Part shown: positions 21,801-31,136 of the stretch, piece by piece
Layout of the letters: every line of letters begins with the position of its first letter
Numbering within the stretch: the stretch's first letter is position 1
Assembly: GCA_964619725.1 (NCBI GenBank)
Contig: CAZUFC010000012.1
Coordinates: forward strand, 21,161-85,160
Source: an uncultured bacterium
GTDB lineage: Bacteria; CSSED10-310; CAZUFC01
Length of the DNA: 64,000 bases
Direction of reading: 5' to 3'
Program-made: the position numbers and the translations under genes
Notes under the pieces: model-generated
Databases searched by the model: none
Seen by the model: only the letters and a program-made list of their open reading frames with translations
What the model was told of the DNA's origin: nothing

Positions 21801-22856
21801 CAGGTGCTTCTCCGAATTCAACGTCAGCCCGAATACCCGGTCTGCCCCGTTATGCCCGGGATTACATTGATGATCGTTTAAATATCCTTCCGTCGTTCCC
21901 GTTATGCATGCGCCGTATTGTAACGACTCATAAGAATCACAGGTATCTCCACCTCTCTGTTCCTTGATCTCAAGCGCATAATTCCCGTAATTGGTCTGGT
22001 ATTGACCGTCCACCCAAAGATAATAGGTCCCCGCAGCAAGCGTTCCATTCCAACTGATGCATCCGCCGCCGTTGTGTTCTATGTTTCCGCATGAAGGGTC
22101 GACATGGATGCCCGCCGAATCCTCACAGAAAATATCTCCTGTATTCCCGCACGTCGAAGAAAGCGTCCAGTCCGCCTCAAAATCACCTTCACCCGTGATC
22201 GTTAAATCCCTCTCACTGCTCAATACCAGCTCATACACCCTGTCCGGACCATGATGATTGGGATTGCATTCGTGATCGTTCGTATACCACTCAGTCGATC
22301 CAGTTACACAGTCTCCCACGCTTATCGATTCCGCTGTTTCGCAGGTTTCTCCCGGCAATTGTGTCACAATCTCAAAGGCATAATCGCCGGAATTGCTCCC
22401 ATAAAATCCGTCGACCCAGATATATTACGTTCCGGCTGAAAGAGAGCCGCTCCACGTCACGTCGCCGTTCGATAAATGCACTACAGAGCCGCAAGAGGGG
22501 TCCAGGTGTATCCCGGAAGTGTTCTCACAAAGAACGTCTCCCTCATGGCCGCAACTTGTCGCTATCGTCCAGTCTGCATTAAAATCTCCCTCAGCGATGA
22601 ACGTTACGTCCCGCTGCTGCGACAAGGTCATCTGATAAACGCGGTCTGGCCCCCCATGACCGTTCCCGCAATCATGATCGTCCGCATAGCCGTCCGTGCT
22701 TCCCGTGATGCATTGCCCGAAACTGATAACTTCCGGATTCGAACAATCCTCGCCGATCAGAAAAATTGGCTTCGCCTGCGCTTCTAAGTTATTAAAATTT
22801 AAAAAAATTGCCGTCGACACAACGACCATAAAAAAGACCAAAGAAAACCTGAACAT
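18852..22856 (-). pseudogene. Disrupted gene for a giant secreted repeat protein (PPC-like repeats, PT linker, beta-helix, dockerin-like, cohesin-like)
   Basis: The domain order is a signal peptide, then 5 tandem ~135-aa Cys-rich repeats (GETC...YYIWVDG...YALE). These are followed by a PT-rich linker, a right-handed beta-helix-like region and a duplicated dockerin-like DxDxNGxIT segment. The C-terminus is cohesin-like. Five lesions interrupt it. An in-frame TAA at 22425-22427 replaces the Tyr of GTYYIWVDG. A repeat-internal deletion with a frame change lies at ~21766. Frame changes lie at ~19600 and ~19336. An in-frame TAG lies at 19104-19106. Confidence 0.6.
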
Positions 22857-22962
22857 AAAAAAACTCCCCCTTCGATGATTTCAACCTTTTCGACAAAAAA
22901 AAATTCCTCACTGAGGTTTAAAACCGTTAAAATGTTGCTGATAAATAATTAACTCATAACTC

Positions 22963-22991
22963 AATGTAAAACAAAAATCCGGTCAAGTCAA
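22963..22991 (-). promoter_or_regulatory. Candidate sigma-70-type promoter of the disrupted repeat-protein gene
   Basis: The minus strand reads TTGACT, a 17-nt spacer, then TACATT. Confidence 0.3.
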
Positions 22992-23254
22992 TAAGCGTTC
23001 TCCTGATTCTGCGCCGGCTGATAGTACTTTTTTTTCCGCCTGGCTTTTTTATTTCTCGAACAGTCGTAATAAATTTTACCGTATGAACAGCGCAAAACCT
23101 GCCGGGCGAACAAGCCTGAAAAATGTAAAACCTCTGGTGAAAATCCCGATCTATTGCGTTTAAATGACTCTATAACTGCAGGATTCAATGGCAGGCGTTC
23201 AAGCTCCCCGAAGCGGACTGATCCATTTTCGTGCGGCGAGAATTAATAAACCTC

Positions 23255-26200
23255 TTATTCAAACCCCCATTCGACCCAATCGATTTCACCGATCAGCTCC
23301 CAGGAACCGGGCTCCAGGAAAGCGGCCCAGAATTTAAGATTGTGCAGCGAGCCGGCTTCTTCCGGCCAGATGAAATACAGTATCTCTTTCGAGTAATTGC
23401 ATCCGGCGGCCAGCGGCTCGACCACGTAATCCATATCCTGTGACCAGTCGTCATAGAACCAGTATTCCTGATAAATATCCAGAACGATGAACAGCAGGAG
23501 TTCCCTTTCACCGCCGGGATTGATGCATCGGCAGTTCAGGTCGAATTCATCACCGGAGCGGAACATATCACGGTTCAGCGATAATTCTACTGCGGGGCAG
23601 GCGGGAGTAGCGGTAAACTCAAAGGGCGCCGTCGGATAGGGAGTTATTGTCTGAACAGATGTGGGAATGGAGGTGGGTATGAGCGGCGGAGTATAAGTGG
23701 GTGTTTTGGTGAGAACATCCGTAGGGGTTTCGGTAGGAAGTTGCGTCGGGGTATGCGTTGAAGTATGGGTAATTGTCGGAGAACATGTCGGCGAGTGAGT
23801 CGGGGTTGAAGTAGGAATCAGCGTAGAGGTAAAAGTCGGCGTTGGAGTATTCGTAGCCGGTCCCAGAGTGGGCGTCGGAGAAACGGGATAGCTGAGAGAA
23901 CTCAGCCAGGCGGCCGTATTGACGACGAGGTTCTCTCTGGCCGTTTCATCCGTAACGTCGGCTATAGTGAAAGAATAAAACACGACCTGGCCTCCGTTAT
24001 ACCAGTCGCTGTCGTCGTCATAAGCCATCACTCCCCCTCCTGCTGCCGACGTCCACCCGTAAACAGCGTCGACATCGCCTGCAGGCTCGCAGGCATCTTC
24101 ATCGTAATAGGAGGAATAATTGTGAGGAATAATATCCGGCAACAAGTACGGCAGATTCTTTATGGGATGACTTCCTGTCTGGACGGAAAGGTCGCCGGAA
24201 AAATCAACGTTCCAATCCAGAACATGACAAACATTTTCAAGAAAATCAGGATCGGAATAATAGAAATCATAGGCTATTTCTCCGCCTTCTATCAGCAAGC
24301 GCCCACCGTCAGACGTATAATCCGTCAAATCTGAACGCCACTGACCGCTTGATACGGGCTGGGAATTGTCGCCGGCGCTCCAAACCACAAAAGAGTAACC
24401 GCCCCACGTCATAGGATCGGTATCCTGAGCCGCTTCTTCCGTCACATCATAACCGTTTGCCGATAAAACGTCGGCATAGACTGCAGGATTGGCCCCGCCG
24501 CCGTCGTCTATAACCAGGATCGGTCTGGCGCCTATGATCAGAGACAAGGGAATATTACCGCTGAAAAAATCAGCCGAAATGTTGAAGTTCAACAAAACTT
24601 CCTGTCCCACGGGGGCATCGCCGAGTATGTTCAGGATGAAATGGGGCGCCAGCGATTGTTCCGTACCGCCGGAACCGATGTTCGGCCATTCAGCAGAATC
24701 GTCGGTTATTTCAATGTGCGTCGACATGGTACTTAAAATGCCTTGAACGTTTTGCGCCATGCAGTGACCGTCGTTATGGAGCGTTAACGGCAGAGAGATG
24801 CTTTCTCCCGGATCGGGTATCCCGTCGCCGTTTCCGCCTGCCGAATCATCAATAACATGGTCATAATAATCAAGAACAGGCGCTTTTATCATTTCAGAAA
24901 ATCCGCAAACTCCGCTTCCCTCCAAGCATTCCCACGAAACCTCAAAATTAACCGCTTCACCGTCCGGAGCATCTTCGTCGATATCCCACTCCAGATGCGG
25001 TTCCAGTGAGGAGGCGGAAGTATGAGCCGGAATATCCGGAAAAGCGATCTCTTCATTCGTAATCGCCACATAAGGATTTCCTGTCGTTATTAACGCTGTC
25101 ACGCCGGTCGCGTCGAAAATGGAATTATTATAAAAGACAAGCTCGGAGGCGATGCTTTCGCCCGGATTCGCTTCACCGTCGTCGTTGCCGCCGGAATCAT
25201 CCACCGTGTGGCTTTCATAAATCAGATACGGAGCATCACAGGGCGCTTCATAGGAAATGACCATATCGTCAATATTCCACCCGCAGTAAACGTATGAGCT
25301 GTCTGTCGGCCCCATAGTCCATCTTATATAGACCGTGCTCTGACCGTCGGCCGTTTCCGAAATGTCGTAAGTCTGTTTCACCCATTCCCCGTCAGAAAGA
25401 CTCGAACTGTTGTGAAAATATTCATCCCAGTTCGTCCCGTCATTGGATACGTCAAGAACAGCGTGATCGTACGTGCTGGACTCCACGCCCAACCAGCGAT
25501 AAAAACTCAGCTTCGTGCCCAAAGCTCCCGAACAGTTAACGGGAGTTGAAGTCAGCCGGCATGCATTCATGTAATTCTCATAATCTCCATATAGATTATA
25601 TCCGTAAACATTAGTCCCCGTGTATCCGGAAGTCGGATCAGGATCGCCGTGCTCTCCTCCCTGGCCTGTCGGCTGGCCGAATTCCCAGTTTCCGGCTGAA
25701 ATTGTCCAGCCCGGGTCTGTATTCATGGGCTCCGAATACAATTCAACTATCTGATAAGTCGTAAAATCGTAATATGCCCCGCTGTTGTCGTCCACAGTCT
25801 CATTTGAAGCCCGATCCACAGCCTTCACCGCAAAAAAATACTCCATGCAGGTCTCCAGGCCTGTGACCGTAAATTCATGTTCGAACGCAACCTCTTCATC
25901 TGCGGCGACTTGCGCAGGCGGAACAGAAGAACCGTATAGTATCTCGCCGGCAGTCGGCTCGTTCGTAGTCCAGCTCAAGGTGAACCGCTGTGCGCCAATC
26001 ACGACGATGACCACATCCGATATTTCAGGGGATATGCAATCCGCTTCAGCTTCAAAAGTAATCTCCATCGGACCTGTGCCGCCGTAATCTTCATCCAGAT
26101 AAACCGCAGTTATGACGTCCTCATGAGCGATCTGAAGAATGCCGTCAGCCGCCGGCGCGCCGCTCTGGGTCTGCATCACACCCTGAAAAACGCCGTCTTC

Positions 26201-27634
26201 GACTTCAGTCAGAGCTGCGACTTCAGGTTCGGTTTCCGTAGAACTGCTTATTTCAATATCCAGAGTCCCTGTTCCCGCAAGGTCGCTGTCCATAACCGTC
26301 ATACCGATCTCATCATCGCAATTGAAGTAATCTGAACTTAATTCCAGAGCTCCTTCGGAAGTCGGGCCCGATCCCCATAAGGTGACTGTCGCGCCGTAAC
26401 CCTCCGGGTTTTCATCATACTGAGGCGTTTCATCCGCCGTATCATGCTCCTCTGCAAAAAGAAAAGCCTCGTGCATATCTACAACGCCGTCATCGTTCGC
26501 ATCCGCATCAACAGGATTCCCGTACGCATCCTCCCAGTTCACCGCCGCAGTCCAATAAAAAACGTATTCGTCATACTCGTATTCCGGCGGCATTGCCCAG
26601 GACGGCTCATCATATCGGGCTGCAGAGGAAAACACACGGTTCGGACCATGCAGATCATCCAGAAATCCCCCGGAATAGCATTGCTCCCATACCGTCACCA
26701 CGTCCCGGCATTCGACCTGATCAAGCATGTCCGCAAATACGTCGTCCTGCAGGTCCGGACTGGGGTCCCACATTACAAGCACTGTCTCCCAGCCGCCCTC
26801 GCTCGACCCGTGATCAGTCGCATAAACAAAAAGCATGTCTTGCGGACCGATCAATCCGCTCAACTCGTCGAATACCGCCTGAAGATTATCCACCGTTGCA
26901 GAATACATGATGTCCTCGTCTCCGTCACCGTCAAGATCAGGGTCCGAATTCGTGCCGTCTGACCTGTCAGGAGCCGGGTCCAGTCCGTCCGAACATAATA
27001 CGTAGATATGATCGTCCAAATATTCATAAGTGTTCACCAGACATTTATAAATGCTGGAAATATCGTTCCAGTAACGCACATAATTGGAATATTGGGAACC
27101 GCCGCCGGATATGATCACAGCCCATAAATGCTCGGCAGATTTCGCATATCGCGGACGTACCATTTCCCCCTTGTCCCCGCCCGACCACGAAGACTCCATC
27201 GAAATCACCCTCTCACGCCTTCGACTGATTACTTTTTTCATACGCTTAATCATCCGGGGCGGCCGGGTCCAGTTCTTTATGCTTAAACGCCTTCCCCCCG
27301 GCTCAATCAACATATACCGGCAGGGGTGCTCCCAGTTCGCTCCCGGCATGTCATCCGCAAATATGAACCAGGAAGCCGCTTTTATATCTAATACTTCTCC
27401 CTGCCAATCCTCAATCACCGTTCCCGAAGGCAAAGGCTCAGCGCTTACGTAAATTTCCACAGGTTCCTCCAGTGAATCGAACCATTCTTCCTCAATCACC
27501 GGAACCAGTCCCTCCAGGCTCTCCGGCGCCGACAGGGCCGTCATTATGACTTCATCATACTCCGCTCCGCTCACACCGGTTGCAATAAAAAGCGCCGTCA
27601 ACAAAATTGTAATCAGCATCTTGCCCCGCTTCAT
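23255..27634 (-). CDS. Giant secreted multidomain protein with a clan-CD (legumain/gingipain-like) cysteine peptidase module
   Basis: It has a signal peptide and a His/Cys dyad in typical context (VYATDHGS ... VWEQCYSGGF). It also has an FN3-like domain, a jelly-roll (MAM-like) domain, CARDB-like Ig domains and a PT-rich linker. A ~150-aa C-terminal domain has no recognisable family. Confidence 0.7.
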   Translation of the reverse strand: MKRGKMLITILLTALFIATGVSGAEYDEVIMTALSAPESLEGLVPVIEEEWFDSLEEPVEIYVSAEPLPSGTVIEDWQGEVLDIKAASWFIFADDMPGANWEHPCRYMLIEPGGRRLSIKNWTRPPRMIKRMKKVISRRRERVISMESSWSGGDKGEMVRPRYAKSAEHLWAVIISGGGSQYSNYVRYWNDISSIYKCLVNTYEYLDDHIYVLCSDGLDPAPDRSDGTNSDPDLDGDGDEDIMYSATVDNLQAVFDELSGLIGPQDMLFVYATDHGSSEGGWETVLVMWDPSPDLQDDVFADMLDQVECRDVVTVWEQCYSGGFLDDLHGPNRVFSSAARYDEPSWAMPPEYEYDEYVFYWTAAVNWEDAYGNPVDADANDDGVVDMHEAFLFAEEHDTADETPQYDENPEGYGATVTLWGSGPTSEGALELSSDYFNCDDEIGMTVMDSDLAGTGTLDIEISSSTETEPEVAALTEVEDGVFQGVMQTQSGAPAADGILQIAHEDVITAVYLDEDYGGTGPMEITFEAEADCISPEISDVVIVVIGAQRFTLSWTTNEPTAGEILYGSSVPPAQVAADEEVAFEHEFTVTGLETCMEYFFAVKAVDRASNETVDDNSGAYYDFTTYQIVELYSEPMNTDPGWTISAGNWEFGQPTGQGGEHGDPDPTSGYTGTNVYGYNLYGDYENYMNACRLTSTPVNCSGALGTKLSFYRWLGVESSTYDHAVLDVSNDGTNWDEYFHNSSSLSDGEWVKQTYDISETADGQSTVYIRWTMGPTDSSYVYCGWNIDDMVISYEAPCDAPYLIYESHTVDDSGGNDDGEANPGESIASELVFYNNSIFDATGVTALITTGNPYVAITNEEIAFPDIPAHTSASSLEPHLEWDIDEDAPDGEAVNFEVSWECLEGSGVCGFSEMIKAPVLDYYDHVIDDSAGGNGDGIPDPGESISLPLTLHNDGHCMAQNVQGILSTMSTHIEITDDSAEWPNIGSGGTEQSLAPHFILNILGDAPVGQEVLLNFNISADFFSGNIPLSLIIGARPILVIDDGGGANPAVYADVLSANGYDVTEEAAQDTDPMTWGGYSFVVWSAGDNSQPVSSGQWRSDLTDYTSDGGRLLIEGGEIAYDFYYSDPDFLENVCHVLDWNVDFSGDLSVQTGSHPIKNLPYLLPDIIPHNYSSYYDEDACEPAGDVDAVYGWTSAAGGGVMAYDDDSDWYNGGQVVFYSFTIADVTDETARENLVVNTAAWLSSLSYPVSPTPTLGPATNTPTPTFTSTLIPTSTPTHSPTCSPTITHTSTHTPTQLPTETPTDVLTKTPTYTPPLIPTSIPTSVQTITPYPTAPFEFTATPACPAVELSLNRDMFRSGDEFDLNCRCINPGGERELLLFIVLDIYQEYWFYDDWSQDMDYVVEPLAAGCNYSKEILYFIWPEEAGSLHNLKFWAAFLEPGSWELIGEIDWVEWGFE

Positions 27635-27853
27635 CTCACCCTCCCTTCCCTGAACTGCTTTGCCGCTTGAATATAAAAATCCGCTCGGCTCCCCTGCCAG
27701 GGAGAAAATATTATTGTTTTTCCAATAGCCGGTCCATCATCGAATTTTTAACCTTCCACTTACCTGAGTATCTTCTTATTAAATCAGACCGCAAAGGTCA
27801 AGTCAGCGCCTTAGGAAGTTCGGCTTATTGTCATGCGGGACAAACCCGGCGGG

Positions 27854-29197
27854 TTATTCGATGCCGTATTTGTTCAGCTTGGTGCGGAGCGTTTTTCTGT
27901 CTATTCCCAGGAGTCCTGCAGCCTCCGTCTTGTTTCCGGAAGTCAGCGTCATCACCTTCTCGATGTGCTCCCGCTCAGCATCCTCCAAACTCAACGACTC
28001 CTCTGAAATCCACTTCTGATCCATGCCGGTGGAAGTCGGATAAAACAGGTCCTCTGATTCCAGCCGGTCCCCCGTCGACAAAACCACTGCCCTCTCTATA
28101 ACGTTCTCCAGCTCCCGTACGTTACCCGGCCAATCATACTGCACCAACATCCTCATAGCTTTATCCGATATGCCCTTTATTTCCTTCTTCCGCTTCTCAG
28201 CGTATTTCCTCACCGCATAATCCACCAGAAGCGGTATGTCCTCTTTTCTTTCCCTTAACGGCGGTATGAATATCGGGACCACGCTTATCCTGAAATAAAG
28301 ATCATCCCGGAACTTCCCCTCCTTCACTTTTTTCATAAGCTCCTGGTTGGCCGCACATATGATCCTCACGTCTATTTTAAACGACCTGGTTCCGCCGACC
28401 CTGGTGATCTCCCTCTCCTGCAAAGCACGCAACAGCTTCGACTGCGTATTTATACTTAAATTTCCTATCTCATCCAGGAATATTGTTCCACCGTTCGCCA
28501 ACTCGAAACGTCCGTGCTTCGTGGAAACGGCGCCGGTGAATGAACCCTTGACATGCCCGAACAGTTCGCTTTCAAATAATGACTCGACAAGACTCCCGCA
28601 ATCAACCGGCACAAAAGGTTTATCCGCCCTGTTGCCTGAACGGTGGATCGATTTGGCCACCAGCTCCTTGCCCGTACCGCTCTCACCCGTTATCAATACC
28701 GTACTGTCCGTAGGCGCCACTCGCGATACCAGACTCATCACCCTCTTCATCCCATCACTCTTGCCGATGATCTGATTCTCCTGGAACGTCCAATCCAGAG
28801 CGCTCTTTAAATACATGTTCTCCATAGTCAAATCGATTTTTTCGACTGCCCTTTTGATCACAGCCTTTATCTCGTCGGGAGAAAAAGGTTTGGACAGATA
28901 ATCATATGCTCCCAGCTTCATCGCCTCCACCGCTGAAGCCACCGTCGCATATCCCGTGATCATGATGACAACCGTGTCCGGATGCTCCGCCTTGATCTTC
29001 TTAAGCAATTCAAAACCGCCAATATCCGGCAACTTCAAATCCAGCAGAACTATCGGGTAATAAACGTGCTTTAAATACTCCTTACCCTCGCTCCCGTTCT
29101 CCGCCGCATCAACTTCATATCCCTCCTGCGTCAAAATGCGGTTCAAAGAACGACGCACTATCTTCTCATCATCTATTACCAGTATCCTGGTCGACAT
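27854..29197 (-). CDS. Sigma-54-dependent response regulator (NtrC family)
   Basis: It has a REC domain (LVIDDE...LLDLKLPD), an AAA+ module (GESGTGKE, GSFTGA, a variant of the GAFTGA loop) and a C-terminal Fis-type HTH (NKTEAAGLLGIDRKTLRTKL). Confidence 0.9.
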   Translation of the reverse strand: MSTRILVIDDEKIVRRSLNRILTQEGYEVDAAENGSEGKEYLKHVYYPIVLLDLKLPDIGGFELLKKIKAEHPDTVVIMITGYATVASAVEAMKLGAYDYLSKPFSPDEIKAVIKRAVEKIDLTMENMYLKSALDWTFQENQIIGKSDGMKRVMSLVSRVAPTDSTVLITGESGTGKELVAKSIHRSGNRADKPFVPVDCGSLVESLFESELFGHVKGSFTGAVSTKHGRFELANGGTIFLDEIGNLSINTQSKLLRALQEREITRVGGTRSFKIDVRIICAANQELMKKVKEGKFRDDLYFRISVVPIFIPPLRERKEDIPLLVDYAVRKYAEKRKKEIKGISDKAMRMLVQYDWPGNVRELENVIERAVVLSTGDRLESEDLFYPTSTGMDQKWISEESLSLEDAEREHIEKVMTLTSGNKTEAAGLLGIDRKTLRTKLNKYGIE

Positions 29198-29362
29198 CCT
29201 CCTGCCTCGTTTCCCCGGTCCCTACGCCGTAAAATATGACCCTTACGCTCCCGGCGACTCTTCATTAAAATAAATCGAACCGGTCACCGCGTCAACCTCC
29301 TTCTCCCAAATACGGAAGAAATTGAACATGAATAACCCTGAACTCATCATGCTGACGGAGAA

Positions 29363-29391
29363 AAATTCCCCGCTCAGACTGAAATTCCCCG
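29363..29391 (+). promoter_or_regulatory. Direct repeat AAATTCCCCG x2 (possible activator-binding site)
   Basis: Two identical 10-mers lie 19 nt apart, about 90 nt upstream of the sigma-54 promoter. Confidence 0.2.
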
Positions 29392-29465
29392 ATTTTTATC
29401 CTCCCATTTTTCTGATACCAAACCTGTAACCATTTGTTATCAATGAATTGGTCTTTCTCTCAATT

Positions 29466-29481
29466 CGGCACGGTTCTTGCT
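29466..29481 (+). promoter_or_regulatory. Sigma-54 (-24/-12) promoter of the REC / REC-kinase / REC-malic-enzyme operon
   Basis: CGGCACGGTTCTTGCT compares to the consensus TGGCACG-N4-TTGCW with correct GG-N10-GC spacing. It lies 75 nt upstream of the 29556 start and is divergent from an NtrC-type activator gene. Confidence 0.6.
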
Positions 29482-29555
29482 CCTCAACAGGAGGTTTGCT
29501 TCCCTTTGGCTGAGGAGGAAATCCTGATGCCAGGGAAGGACGACAGGAAAAGAGA

Positions 29556-29948
29556 ATGAATGAGAAGGTACTGATAATAGAGCACGACAAAGAATCACTG
29601 AAAAAATTTCTTACGATTCTGAAGGATTGCGGATGCATTGCGGAAGCATCTTCTTCTTTAATGGAAGGACTTCAAAAAATAAAACAGGAATATTTCGATT
29701 GCATAGTCATGGATATAGGAACATATGACTCGCCTGATTTTAACAGCATACCTCTCGTAAAAGCCGTATCGCCCGAAAGCCGGATAATTGCGACAACGGC
29801 AGCCAATTCGCGACGATTAGAAGCCGGCGCCAGGCAGTACGGAATTTTTTATTATTATGTTAAATCCTTTGATTTACAGGAACTTAAATTAGCTGTCATC
29901 GATGCACTGCGTCATCGAAGGAAGGAAATTTCCCGTGAAAGAGGATAA
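29556..29948 (+). CDS. Single-domain response-regulator receiver protein
   Basis: It has the REC fold pattern (VLIIEHD...CIVMDIG...IIATTA...YVKS). The N-terminal acidic pair is E-x-D rather than DD. Confidence 0.7.
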   Translation: MNEKVLIIEHDKESLKKFLTILKDCGCIAEASSSLMEGLQKIKQEYFDCIVMDIGTYDSPDFNSIPLVKAVSPESRIIATTAANSRRLEAGARQYGIFYYYVKSFDLQELKLAVIDALRHRRKEISRERG

Positions 29949-29949
29949 T

Positions 29950-31041
29950 ATGAATCCAAAAGCTAAAATTCTCGTTATCGACGATGAAGATATCGTATTG
30001 CGGTCATGCTCACGAGTTTTGAGCAAAGACGGTTATGAAATTGTAACCGCTCGAAACGGTTACGACGGATTGGCGAAAGCGGCGGGGGAGAAACCGGACC
30101 TGGCGCTCGTAGATTTGAAAATGCCCGGTATGAGCGGACTGGAGGTCCTTTCGAAATTGAAAGAAATCGACGAACATATAGTGACTGTCATGATAACCGG
30201 GCACGGCACGATCGACCGCGCCGTCGAAGCTATGAAACGCCATGCTTTCGACTTCATCACCAAACCCTTCGAAGCTGAAAAGCTGCGATTCGTGGTCAAA
30301 CGCGGTCTTAAGCTCAGGCACTATGCCTTGGAAGCTCAAAGATTGACCAGGGAAAAGGAAAAAATGAAAAACAGCTTCATCACTATGGTGACTCATCAGT
30401 TGAAATCGCCCCTGAGCACTGTGGAACAATATATACAAGTTCTGCTGGACGGGATGCAGGACGATGCCGATCCTGAAAGCAAAGAAATAATTCTGCGCAT
30501 TCAGGACAGGATAAAGCAACTCATGCAATTGATTGCGGATTGGCTGGGTAAAGAAAAAATTGACGCAGAAAACCTCAAAAAATATTTCACTTCACTCAAT
30601 ATTGGACCTCTCCTGAAAGAAGCCATCGACCTCAATAAACCCATAGCCGAACAAAAAAATGTGGAAATAAAATCAGATATACCGCCATTGCCTCCCCTGA
30701 ACGGCGACAGGGATGCTTTACGCGAAGCCTTCTCCAATTTAATCGGAAATGCCGTTAAATATAACCGTGAAGGAGGCAGCGCCTTTATCAGGGGGGCGGA
30801 GAAAGAAGGTGAGTTGATTGTAAGCATAACGGATACGGGAATAGGGATATCCGAAGAGCACATACCCCGGATTTTCGACGATTTTTACAGAATCAAAAAC
30901 GATCAGACTAGAAATACGGGAGGAACCGGCCTGGGATTGTCTATAGTAAAGAAGATCATTGACGTTCATAAAGGCCGGATCGAAGTTCAAAGCAAGCCGG
31001 GCGAAGGCACGACTTTCAAAGTATTCTTATCGGTCGTATAG
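29950..31041 (+). CDS. Hybrid receiver-histidine kinase (REC-HisKA-HATPase, no sensor or TM domain)
   Basis: It has REC (ILVIDDEDIV...LVDLKMPG), an H-box (HQLKSPLS), an N-box (NLIGNAVKYN) and G-boxes (DTGIGI, GGTGLGLSIV). I moved the start to ATG 29950, directly after the upstream stop and behind an AAGAGGA RBS. Confidence 0.85.
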   Translation: MNPKAKILVIDDEDIVLRSCSRVLSKDGYEIVTARNGYDGLAKAAGEKPDLALVDLKMPGMSGLEVLSKLKEIDEHIVTVMITGHGTIDRAVEAMKRHAFDFITKPFEAEKLRFVVKRGLKLRHYALEAQRLTREKEKMKNSFITMVTHQLKSPLSTVEQYIQVLLDGMQDDADPESKEIILRIQDRIKQLMQLIADWLGKEKIDAENLKKYFTSLNIGPLLKEAIDLNKPIAEQKNVEIKSDIPPLPPLNGDRDALREAFSNLIGNAVKYNREGGSAFIRGAEKEGELIVSITDTGIGISEEHIPRIFDDFYRIKNDQTRNTGGTGLGLSIVKKIIDVHKGRIEVQSKPGEGTTFKVFLSVV

Positions 31042-31136
31042 CGGCTTGTCTTAATACATTCGTTACAACCTGAGGAATTAAAAGAATAAATTGATAAAAA
31101 TCATTGATGAAAATTTCATCTTTTACGGAGGATAAG

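Noticed and set aside
19104-22427. The in-frame TAA and TAG in the repeat-protein gene might reflect stop-codon reassignment or programmed readthrough.
   Set aside because: TAA and TAG both terminate conserved genes at their expected C-termini elsewhere in the window (ribE and hflX end in TAA; the kinase and the FHA protein end in TAG). The same gene also carries frame changes and a deletion, so decay or sequence error is the simpler explanation.
27635-27853. A sigma-54 promoter upstream of the 1459-aa protease-like gene (CTGGCAGGGGAGCC).
   Set aside because: No GC dinucleotide lies at the required 10-nt spacing after the GG, so the -24/-12 geometry fails.
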